Position numbers and translations under genes: made by a program. Shown here in pieces: positions 27,937-36,157 of a DNA stretch of 64,000 nt. Source of the DNA: an uncultured Pseudoxanthomonas sp. (GTDB lineage: Bacteria > Pseudomonadota > Gammaproteobacteria > Xanthomonadales > Xanthomonadaceae); NCBI GenBank assembly GCA_965650035.1, contig CBFGMR010000010.1:2593-66592 (forward strand), read 5' to 3'. Each line of letters opens with the position of its first letter. The first letter of the stretch is position 1. The notes under the pieces are model-generated. The model was given only the letters and a program-made list of their open reading frames with translations, did no database searches and was not told where the DNA came from.

Positions 27937-28494
27937 ATGAAGAAATTCCGCAAAAGAGATTTCCCGACGGACCAGGTACGCCGCTTCCTGGAGCCAGGCC
28001 CCATCGTGCTGGTGAGTTCTGCGTGGAAGGAAGAGCGCAACGTCATGACCATGGGCTGGCACATGATGATGGGATTCGAGCCATCGCTATTGGCCTGCTA
28101 CATCTGGGATGAGAATCACAGTTTTGAAATGATCCGGCGCAGCAAGCAATGTGTGATCAATCTACCCACTCTGGATTTGGTGGATACGGTGGTGGGCATA
28201 GGCAACTGCAGCGGTGCCGATACCGACAAGTTCGCGAAATTCGGGCTCGCCGCGCGGCGCGCCAGCAAAGTGGATGCCCCGCTGCTGACGGAATGCCACT
28301 CCAACTTCGAGTGTCGGCTATACGACGGCAGCCAGGTGGGCAAGCACGGGCTCTTCATCTGGGAAGTAGTCAAGGCGCACGTCGCGGTCACCCCCGGAAT
28401 TCCACAGACCGTGCACTACCGCGGTGAAGGAAAATTCATGGTGTCGGGATCGGATATCTCGCGGCGCAGCCGCTTCAAGCCCGGCAATCTGTGA
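27937..28494 (+). CDS. Flavin reductase-like protein
   Basis: LEPGPIVLVSS, NVMTMGWHM, VINLPT, APLLTECHSNFEC, TVHYRG. Confidence 0.88.
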   Translation: MKKFRKRDFPTDQVRRFLEPGPIVLVSSAWKEERNVMTMGWHMMMGFEPSLLACYIWDENHSFEMIRRSKQCVINLPTLDLVDTVVGIGNCSGADTDKFAKFGLAARRASKVDAPLLTECHSNFECRLYDGSQVGKHGLFIWEVVKAHVAVTPGIPQTVHYRGEGKFMVSGSDISRRSRFKPGNL

Positions 28495-28619
28495 GCTTCA
28501 TTCGCTGCACCATTCCGCGCGATCCAAGAGGCTCATAGTCCTGCGCCAACAGTCGGCAAGCCATTGGCCCGCTGCTATGCGGTACGTAAAAACGGCTTCG
28601 CAACGCCACCTCCATCGCT

Positions 28620-28904
28620 TCATCGCTTTGCCTGTGCAGCAGGTGCGGCTGCATCCGTGTCTTTGGACGCTGGGGTGGATGCACCGTCGTCGTCCGCACC
28701 CGATGGCGGCAAGACTGCGCGTACCAGTTTGGGCGGTGGCGTAGAGGTCCGTACGCAGAGCTGCGGCGACGACGCATAGGCCGCCACAGGCGTGCCCGCC
28801 TCGGACAGCGGAGCCAGAAGATGCTGGGGCAACACGACCGTCAGCAACGCGAATAACCAGGCGAGCAGCTTGTGCAGGGAAAACAGGAAGTCGGTAATGC
28901 TCAT
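28620..28904 (-). CDS. Small hypothetical membrane/secreted protein
   Basis: Hydrophobic N-terminus LLAWLFALLTVVL; low-complexity tail; weak support. Confidence 0.4.
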   Translation of the reverse strand: MSITDFLFSLHKLLAWLFALLTVVLPQHLLAPLSEAGTPVAAYASSPQLCVRTSTPPPKLVRAVLPPSGADDDGASTPASKDTDAAAPAAQAKR

Positions 28905-29283
28905 GGTGGCACCCGGCCCGTGTGGAGTGCCGGCGAGAATAGTCGGCACTTTGCCGGTCTTGGCGGCGGCAGCGACGAGACGCGGGATGGCGCGACGAAA
29001 CCGGCGATTCGGGTACTGGAATCCGCCGTTCGAGTTGGACCGGACTCACGGGAGCGCGGGATCCGGCTCCCGCGGGCGTACCAAATTGGCGGCAGGGCGA
29101 GATCGACGCCGTCAAGAATGGCGAATCCATCGCCTCGACCAGGCGCTATGCGCGGTACCGATCAAGCTGCCTGAAGTTGCGTTCTGGCGAAAGCCGCATC
29201 CGCGTTTCTTCACACCGGGCAAGCCTCGGCTCGCGCATGTTGGCGGTGCGGCACGAGTTGCCGCAGCAACAGAGGAGAACGGC

Positions 29284-29475
29284 TTGAATCAGCACAACCC
29301 CAATCCCGGAGGACCTTTTCAGCCCCCTGCTCCGAGGCCCGGCGAAACACCGAATCCCGCGCGCGACACGCCGCCATGGCAACCCAGCGATCCGGTGTTC
29401 CCTCCCCCGCCCGATCCAGGTGTGGATCCCGAGGGCCCGCAGCCTACCGATCCTGCCCAACCCAGCGGGCCTTAG
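29284..29475 (+). CDS. Small proline-rich protein (63 aa, TTG start)
   Basis: GAGGAG RBS before TTG 29284; NQHNPNPGGPFQPPAPRPGETPNP...GP. Confidence 0.55.
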   Translation: MNQHNPNPGGPFQPPAPRPGETPNPARDTPPWQPSDPVFPPPPDPGVDPEGPQPTDPAQPSGP

Positions 29476-29515
29476 CAAAACGTCGGCTTTGAGCCGGCTC
29501 TTCAAAACAAGGTAC

Positions 29516-29543
29516 GCAACGCCCGCCCAGATGCGGGCGTTGC
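29516..29543. terminator. Hairpin between convergent genes (probable terminator)
   Basis: Perfect stem GCAACGCCCGC/GCGGGCGTTGC immediately after the GH13 stop. Confidence 0.6.
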
Positions 29544-31391
29544 CTATTCGATGCTGAGGATCGTCGCCGCGTTGCCCGCCAGCTGCAGCGTCGTTCCCAG
29601 CGCAATGGTCTTTCCGCTCATCGCATCGCGGCCCCTGCTGTCGGTTTTGATGAATCGGCCGAAGCGTTCCAGCGCCAACGGCGTGGGCCCGGCATTCCGG
29701 TTCAAGGCCACCATGACCGTGTTGTCGTTGTCATAGCGGAAGTAGACGTACACGCCATCGGCCGGTGCGAAGTGTTGCAGCTCGCCGTGCTGCACCACCG
29801 GCGTATTCCTGCGCCAACGGAGCAATCGACGCAGGTAGTCCTGCGCATCGCGCTCGGCCGCCGACAGACCGGCGCCGGTGAGGGCGTTGTTCGCATCGCC
29901 CGCCCAACCGCCGGGCAGGTCGGCGCGGATCTTCCCGTCCTCCCGCTCGCGCGGTCCTTCCATCAGTATTTCCGAGCCGTAGAAGAACTGCGGCGTACCG
30001 CGTACGGTGGCGAGGTAGGCCATCGCGATCTTGAACAGAGCGACGTCTCCCTTCACGGTGGCGAGCAGGCGGGTGGTGTCGTGGTTCTCGGCGAATACGA
30101 CCAGACGGTCCGCATCCGGATACAGGTAATCGTTGGCCAGCGCCTCGTACAGCCGTATCCAGCCCGTATCCCTGCCTTCCGGTTCGTTCAACGCGTCGCG
30201 CAACGCGGTGTGGACGGGGAAATCCATCATGCTGGGCATGTGCGGAACGTGGCCGTCCGGATTGACCTTGCCGCGCTGCCAGTGCGCGACCGTGGCAGGA
30301 TTGGCGCTCCATTCCTCGCCGACCATGCTGAAGTCCGGATACTCGTCCAGCACCGCTTTGCCCCACGCACTGAGGAATTCGGTATCGGCATAGCCGAACG
30401 TGTCTTCGCGGATACCGGACAGGCCGGCGTATTCGATCCACCACAGACTGTTCTGGATCAGATAAGTGGCCAGGTGCGGATTGCGCTGATTGAGGTCGGG
30501 CATGCCGGGCGAGAACCAGCCTTCCACGAAATCCGCGCGGTCCTGCGGCGCCGCATGCGGATCCTGCACTGTGGTGCGACGATGATTGGTGGGCGCGAAT
30601 TGGCTGCCATGGTTGATCCAGTCCGGCGCGGGCAGGTCGCGCATCCACCAGTGGCTGGAGCCTATATGGTTGAGCACCACGTCCATGATCAGACCAACGC
30701 CTTTGGCGCGCGCGCTGCGTGAAAGCGCGCGGTAGTCCTCGTTGCTGCCGAAGCGCGGATCGACGCGGTACAGATCGGTGATGGCATAGCCGTGATAAGA
30801 GAATTCCGGCTGGTCGTTTTCCAGCAGCGGCGTGGGCCAGAGTTGGGTAAAGCCCATGCCGGCGATGTAGTCGATGCTTTTCGAGATGCCCGCTATGTCG
30901 CCGCCGTGACGTCCATTGGGCGAAGTGCGATCAGCGGGCTCCCGCATGGCGGCGACAGTGTCGTTGCCGGGGTCGCCATTGGCGAAGCGGTCCGGGACGA
31001 TCAGGTAGATGGCATCGGAAGCATCGAAGCCCTTGCGCGATGCCGACCCTGGTTCGCGCGCGTCCAGGCGGAATGGACGACGGACGGCCACGCGATCGCC
31101 ATCGAGGAATTCGATATCGAACGTCCCGGGACTGGCGTTGTTCGCGATCTCCAGCGTGACGAACAGATAGTTGGGGTTTTCCACCCGCTGCACATCGACC
31201 ACGCTCACGCCAGGCCGGGAGAGCCGGGGCTTCAACGGTCCGATCGCGTTGCCGTGCACCATCAGTTCGACGCGGGAGTGCTTCATCCCCACCCACCAAC
31301 TGGCCGGTTCCAGGTGATCAATGGCGAAGTCGCGCGCGGACGCCGACGCGCTGAGCATCAGACCGAAACACAAGGCGATCGCTGCTTTCAT
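29544..31391 (-). CDS. GH13 cyclomaltodextrinase/neopullulanase-like alpha-glucanase, secreted
   Basis: Signal peptide; IDHLEPASWW N-domain; DRFANGD, DVVLNH, GIREDT, VGEEW, ENHD conserved regions. Confidence 0.92.
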   Translation of the reverse strand: MKAAIALCFGLMLSASASARDFAIDHLEPASWWVGMKHSRVELMVHGNAIGPLKPRLSRPGVSVVDVQRVENPNYLFVTLEIANNASPGTFDIEFLDGDRVAVRRPFRLDAREPGSASRKGFDASDAIYLIVPDRFANGDPGNDTVAAMREPADRTSPNGRHGGDIAGISKSIDYIAGMGFTQLWPTPLLENDQPEFSYHGYAITDLYRVDPRFGSNEDYRALSRSARAKGVGLIMDVVLNHIGSSHWWMRDLPAPDWINHGSQFAPTNHRRTTVQDPHAAPQDRADFVEGWFSPGMPDLNQRNPHLATYLIQNSLWWIEYAGLSGIREDTFGYADTEFLSAWGKAVLDEYPDFSMVGEEWSANPATVAHWQRGKVNPDGHVPHMPSMMDFPVHTALRDALNEPEGRDTGWIRLYEALANDYLYPDADRLVVFAENHDTTRLLATVKGDVALFKIAMAYLATVRGTPQFFYGSEILMEGPREREDGKIRADLPGGWAGDANNALTGAGLSAAERDAQDYLRRLLRWRRNTPVVQHGELQHFAPADGVYVYFRYDNDNTVMVALNRNAGPTPLALERFGRFIKTDSRGRDAMSGKTIALGTTLQLAGNAATILSIE

Positions 31392-31592
31392 GCGGTGCTT
31401 TTTCCCGAAGGCCGTCGAATGGCGGATGCATCGGCGGGACGCAGCGAGGCTACAAGCCGGAGCCGTTGGCGGGCAATGAATTCGTATGTACTGCGCCGCA
31501 ACAGTGGCCCGGCGCTTTGCCTCGACGACCCGCAAACAAAAACGGCGGCCTCACGGCCGCCGTCCTTCGTTACTGCAATCGCACTGGACGTA

Positions 31593-32255
31593 CTACTTGC
31601 CCTTGCCGTTGCCTTTTTCCTTTCCGCTTCCGTTGCCTTGGCCCTTGTCCTTGTCCTTACCCTTCCCCTTGCCGCCGCGATCGCCACTGTCGTGACCGGA
31701 CTTTCCCTTTCCATGGTCGGCCGCCGGACGCGGGGCGCTGCCTTTGCCTTGCAATTTGCCAGGACCATGCTTGGACCAGTCGACGTGCACGGCACGGTCG
31801 ACGACGACCGGATAGCCCCAGCGCCCGTAAGTGGACGCCGTACCGCGCTTCAAGGCATGGAAGGCCGGAGAGCCCGGCTTGATGCCGTAGTGCTTGGCCA
31901 CGTTGCCCCAGCCCAGGCCGGGATTACGGTCGTACTCGCGCACTACGTTCAAGCACGGAATGCCCAACGAATGGGCCAATGCGCAGGCGTAATAAACGTC
32001 GGCCGGCGCCCAGCCGCGGCGATCGAGCAACTCGACGATCAGGCTGCGCGGCGCACCGTAATAACCGGTCATCTCGCCCACGAACGGATCGCGGTAGCGC
32101 CGGCCGTAGTCGTTGATCTCGCCTAGACGCGTATCCACCCACACATCGCCGGTACGGATGTTGTAACCCACCGTCTGCGCCGAAGCCGCTGCGCCGATGC
32201 CCAGACCCACCGCCAGGGCGGCCGTCAGGCCGATCTTCTTCAATGTCTTCATCAC
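31593..32255 (-). CDS. Secreted hypothetical protein with Gly/Lys-rich tail
   Basis: Signal peptide; GWGNVAKHYGIKPGSPAFHALK core; GKGKGK repeats. Confidence 0.75.
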   Translation of the reverse strand: MMKTLKKIGLTAALAVGLGIGAAASAQTVGYNIRTGDVWVDTRLGEINDYGRRYRDPFVGEMTGYYGAPRSLIVELLDRRGWAPADVYYACALAHSLGIPCLNVVREYDRNPGLGWGNVAKHYGIKPGSPAFHALKRGTASTYGRWGYPVVVDRAVHVDWSKHGPGKLQGKGSAPRPAADHGKGKSGHDSGDRGGKGKGKDKDKGQGNGSGKEKGNGKGK

Positions 32256-32389
32256 TTGTCCCTCCCTGTGAAAAGTGGGACAAGTGTCGGCGCCGCCGGG
32301 TGAATCGAGCCTTACGGAATCGTTATCCGTTCATCGCCCACGGGACGGGGTAAGCGAGCCACCCCGTTCATCCCCTTGTTCTTTATCTC

Positions 32390-33382
32390 TTAATAAGGAG
32401 AACCACCGGCCTGGGAGGAGCCGAGCACGCCGGCTTCGACGGACACGGTATAAGTGGTCCCGCCTGCCGGTATCCAGTTGAGGAGATCGAAACCGTCGCC
32501 GGCGGCGATGCGCGCGACGCCGATATTGCGATAGGTCAGCGGCGTCTTGGCTGCACAAACCTGGGGGAGTCCCGGCGCCTGCAGGAAATACACCTTGCCC
32601 GAGCCCACCACACTGGCGTAGCCACCGTTCGCCACCAGCAGCGCGGTCATTTCGTCCACGGCGATGCCACGCGGCGCGGCGCTCCAGCCATAGGCCGCCA
32701 CTCGGCACAGGAAGGCGATGTCGCGGCCCATGCGATCGCGCGCGGCGAAGTGCGGATCTCCTATAACGCCCTGCAGCAACGGCACGCTGGCGAAATCGCG
32801 ATCGAAAGTCATGTAGCGGTTGAACGGATCCGCCACCGCCTGGCTACTGGTCACGCCCTGACTGGCCTGCGCGGTGTAGACGAACTGCGTCAGCACATTG
32901 AGCCCGGCACTGGTTCCACCCACCGGCACGCCCTGCGCGATGCGCGTGTTGAGCGTGGACTGCACCGGTGTGTTCTTCCAGAAGCCGATGTAGTTGGACT
33001 GGTCGCCGCCAGCGATCCATACCACCTCGGCCTTGGCGATGATCGCCGCCACCGCCGGCAGATTGGCGGCCGCGGCGCTGGGAATGATCAGCGTGGCCAC
33101 CGAGTTGGCGTTCGGGCACAGATCGCGCACATACGGATTGTAGGCATCGGTGCCGGTGGCGCGGATCACCAGGAAATCGCCGTTTCCACCCAGGCCGCAC
33201 AGCCATTGGAAAGCCTGATCGACATCGGTGCCCCCGCCCATCAACGCCACGCCAGGAGTAGTAGCGGGCGCCACGTCGGCGGTATTGCCAACGCGCAGAT
33301 AGGTATAAGGCGGAGCTTTTGCGGCCAACGCAGGAGCGGCCAGGACGAAAGCGGACAAGAGCACCAGCAGGCAACGCAGCAT
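32390..33382 (-). CDS. Secreted cyanophycinase-like peptidase (S51)
   Basis: Signal peptide; ALMGGG, IAGGDQS, GGTSAG, DPHF...RMGR, AVDE motifs. Confidence 0.85.
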   Translation of the reverse strand: MLRCLLVLLSAFVLAAPALAAKAPPYTYLRVGNTADVAPATTPGVALMGGGTDVDQAFQWLCGLGGNGDFLVIRATGTDAYNPYVRDLCPNANSVATLIIPSAAAANLPAVAAIIAKAEVVWIAGGDQSNYIGFWKNTPVQSTLNTRIAQGVPVGGTSAGLNVLTQFVYTAQASQGVTSSQAVADPFNRYMTFDRDFASVPLLQGVIGDPHFAARDRMGRDIAFLCRVAAYGWSAAPRGIAVDEMTALLVANGGYASVVGSGKVYFLQAPGLPQVCAAKTPLTYRNIGVARIAAGDGFDLLNWIPAGGTTYTVSVEAGVLGSSQAGGSPY

Positions 33383-33509
33383 GGAACACCTCGTAGTTGG
33401 AGCAATCCACGCCGGAGTGTGCATAGATCGCCATGACGGTACAAGCTGCGTTGCGGGGTAGTCCATCAGCTATCGTCCGACTCTGTGCGAATCGCCTCGA
33501 ACAATGCGA

Positions 33510-33992
33510 TCACCATTCGATCAAATGGGAGCGATCCCATACCGCGATCTCGCGGTCTGTGCTTTGTTCGTAAATCGAGAACTTGAGGGTCCTGGATTCG
33601 TCGCCGGACAGAAAAAAGCAGGCGGTGTCGCGCGCCAGGGACTCCTTGTCTTTGGCTGGACTCCGCTGCCAGGCCGGTCCCACCCAGAGTACGGGGCGGC
33701 CGTTATCGGCGGAGGCATTGATCACCATTCCCGTAGGGATGCCCGCCTCGAGTTTGGCGCGGCACTCCTGCATGCGTGCCGCGGTCCTGACCGGATCGGG
33801 CGCCGCAACCTTCGCGGTGGACGCCGGCGTCGCGGCGGGCGTTGTGGGGGCGTCAGCCGCCGGCGAACACCCGCCAAGCAGCAACATCAACGACAGCAGA
33901 ACCACCCTTCCACCCGCCTCCAGCGCTTCGTCCGAGGCCGAGCACATGCGCGACATCGCATCGCCTGCGGCTTGCCATTGCTTGCTTTCCAT
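33510..33992 (-). CDS. Hypothetical lipoprotein
   Basis: Lipobox LLLGGC, Ala/Pro linker, globular C-terminal domain; start uncertain. Confidence 0.65.
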   Translation of the reverse strand: MESKQWQAAGDAMSRMCSASDEALEAGGRVVLLSLMLLLGGCSPAADAPTTPAATPASTAKVAAPDPVRTAARMQECRAKLEAGIPTGMVINASADNGRPVLWVGPAWQRSPAKDKESLARDTACFFLSGDESRTLKFSIYEQSTDREIAVWDRSHLIEW

Positions 33993-34053
33993 ACCCTCTC
34001 CCTTGCAGTGGCTGCATCCTGACCAAGGCACTCCGATGATTCAAGCCTGCCGC

Positions 34054-34452
34054 TCAGTCGACCCGCGCAGCGAGTTTCTTCGGCGCCAGTAAACGATAAC
34101 TGCCGGCCAGCAGATCGGTTACTTCGTCCCAATCGGTATGCACATCGATCGCCATGCCGGCGATATCCGGCCACCACACCGGTTTGAAGAAGGGCGCCTT
34201 CGAAAACCGGGGCGCATCGAGCCGTGCGCTGGACCGGAAAGTCAGCACCGTCAACGGCCCTTCGGATTTCGCGGCGCGGGCATAGGCGGGCGGCCAAGCG
34301 GATTCGATTGCCAGCACATGAGCGAAATTCTTCTTGCGGATCATCCAGCGGGTACCCACCCAGGCCTGTTCTTCGCAGGCTTCCGGAAACTCCAGGCAGA
34401 TAGCGCGCAAGCGGGAAACGACTGGTTCGGAGACGGTGGCGTGGGTGTTCAC
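34054..34452 (-). CDS. MmcQ/YjbR family protein
   Basis: RLRAICLEFPEACEEQAWVG, KKNFAHV, DWDEVTDLLAGSYRLLAPKKL; GTG start inferred. Confidence 0.8.
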   Translation of the reverse strand: MNTHATVSEPVVSRLRAICLEFPEACEEQAWVGTRWMIRKKNFAHVLAIESAWPPAYARAAKSEGPLTVLTFRSSARLDAPRFSKAPFFKPVWWPDIAGMAIDVHTDWDEVTDLLAGSYRLLAPKKLAARVD

Positions 34453-34610
34453 TTCTCTTGCCCTCCGGAGAAACCCGACTGCGACTATAACTTTTGCAGG
34501 CAACCTCAAAAAGCTTCGTTTTGCGCAAATTGTCCGCTTGCTGCCCGCCTCTTGGAGCCACCCACCCAATCGGATACGGTCGGACGGACGACTCCGGGGA
34601 CAAGAACGAA

Positions 34611-35087
34611 ATGACCTACCGACTGTACGCATTGGCTTGCGCCGCCCTGCTGGCGGTCGTCCCTGTCGCCAGAGCCGCCGATACGCCGACGCAGTCCGCG
34701 GACATCCTTGCCCGGCAGCAGACGATCCGCGCCGACATGAAGGCCAAGCGGGAGCGCTACGCGAACCTGCCGCGCGATGTGCAGACATCCGTTCTGGCGG
34801 ACCAGGAAAAACTGGGAAAACTGCTGGAAGGCACAACCGATACTTCGCAGCTCGCCCCTACCGATCAGGCCGAGGTCCGCAGATTGATGGCGCGGATCGA
34901 AGCGACCATCAAGAACAACCAGGACCAACGCCTGGTCTGTACGCAGGAGGCGAGGACCGGTAGCAATTACGTCACCCGCGTCTGCCGTACGGCCACCGAG
35001 ATCCGCGAACGCAAGGAGGCCGACGAGAAGCTGCTCAAAGACGAGAACTCGCGAATCAAGTGCACGAACGCCAACGGCTGCGTCTGA
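34611..35087 (+). CDS. Secreted hypothetical protein
   Basis: Signal peptide; helical core; C-terminal VCTQEARTGSNYVTRVCRT motif. Confidence 0.75.
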   Translation: MTYRLYALACAALLAVVPVARAADTPTQSADILARQQTIRADMKAKRERYANLPRDVQTSVLADQEKLGKLLEGTTDTSQLAPTDQAEVRRLMARIEATIKNNQDQRLVCTQEARTGSNYVTRVCRTATEIRERKEADEKLLKDENSRIKCTNANGCV

Positions 35088-35191
35088 GGCAGCTGCGCCC
35101 GCAACCGCCGCCCGCGTCAATTTGCGCCTGGCGGAGCGGGCGACGTTAAACTGTGCCCTGTCTGGGTAGCCAGGCGGCTCACAGGACGGAC

Positions 35192-35671
35192 ATGATCAAC
35201 AACGATGTGATGCGCAGCATCCGCTACATGCTGGATCTCGGCGACGGCAAGGTGGCCGAGATCATCCAGCTGGCCGATGCGGATTTCCCAATAGAAAAGG
35301 CGCAGGTGCACGCGTTGCTGAAGAAGGAGGAGGAAGACGGGTTCGCAGTCTGCAGCGACCGCGTGCTCGCGCATTTCCTGGATGGCCTGGTCTTCTACTA
35401 TCGCGGCCGGGACGAAAGCCTGCCGCCGCGGCCCGTGGAAACGCGGATCACCAACAACGTGGTGCTGAAGAAGTTGCGCGTCGCCTTCCAGCTGAAGGAC
35501 GTGGACATGCATGAGGTATTCGCTGCGGCGGGGTTCCCCCTCACCAAACCGGAACTCACCGCTCTGTTCCGCCAGGCCGACCATAAGCACTATCGTCCTT
35601 GCGGCGACCAGATACTGCGCAATTTCCTCAAGGGATTGACGGTGCGTTTCCGGGGCGACGGGGGAAGGTGA
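35192..35671 (+). CDS. DUF1456 / YehS family protein
   Basis: MINNDVMRSIRYMLDL, TNNVVLKKLRVAF, YRPCGDQILRNFLKGL. Confidence 0.9.
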   Translation: MINNDVMRSIRYMLDLGDGKVAEIIQLADADFPIEKAQVHALLKKEEEDGFAVCSDRVLAHFLDGLVFYYRGRDESLPPRPVETRITNNVVLKKLRVAFQLKDVDMHEVFAAAGFPLTKPELTALFRQADHKHYRPCGDQILRNFLKGLTVRFRGDGGR

Positions 35672-35675
35672 CGCC

Positions 35676-36041
35676 TTGGACACGAAGCGACTTAAAGAAT
35701 TCTGCGCGCGCCTTCCCGGCGCTGCTGTGCAGTTGCATGGTGAGCCTGCGAATATCCTGGTCTATAGCGTGGATGGAAAGCGCTTCGCCCATTTCAAGAC
35801 CAGCCAGCCCGAGCAGTGGCGTTTCAGCATCAAGGTTTCATCGGAACGCTTCCTGGAATTGACCGACGTCCCCGGCATCAAACCCGCGCGCTGGCTGGCG
35901 CGTTTCCATTGGATCACGATAGTGGACGTGCGCAGCGTGCCGGACGGCTATCTGCGCGAACTGGTGCAATGGTCGTACCGCAAGGCGCTGGATTCGTTGA
36001 GCAAGAAGCGCAGGATCGCGCTGCTGTCGTCCGCGTCCTGA
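35676..36041 (+). CDS. MmcQ/YjbR family protein
   Basis: KEFCARLPGA, YSVDGKRFA, PARWLARFHW, LRELVQWSY. Confidence 0.85.
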   Translation: MDTKRLKEFCARLPGAAVQLHGEPANILVYSVDGKRFAHFKTSQPEQWRFSIKVSSERFLELTDVPGIKPARWLARFHWITIVDVRSVPDGYLRELVQWSYRKALDSLSKKRRIALLSSAS

Positions 36042-36112
36042 AAGCGGTATGCGGATCCACTGCAGGCAGCGTGATGAATCTGTGCGTGAAGGGAAACGAA
36101 AGAGACAACAAG

Positions 36113-36140
36113 CCGGCCACAGGCATGTGCCTGTGACCGG
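36113..36140 (-). terminator. Rho-independent terminator of TonB receptor gene
   Basis: Minus-strand stem CCGGTCACAGGC/GCCTGTGGCCGG (one G-U pair) followed by T-rich CTTGTTGTCTCTTTCGTTT. Confidence 0.7.
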
Positions 36141-36157
36141 GATCCCTTTTCATGCCA

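Noticed and set aside
28792-29475. 227-aa ORF as a whole
   Set aside because: The N-terminal part overlaps another ORF and looks non-coding; only the RBS-supported last 63 codons were kept.
4021-32324. Shared 10-mer ACGGAATCGT upstream of two secreted-protein genes (4021 and about 32314) as a PhoP-type box
   Set aside because: A 10-bp match is expected by chance in this much sequence, and no convincing direct-repeat spacing was seen.
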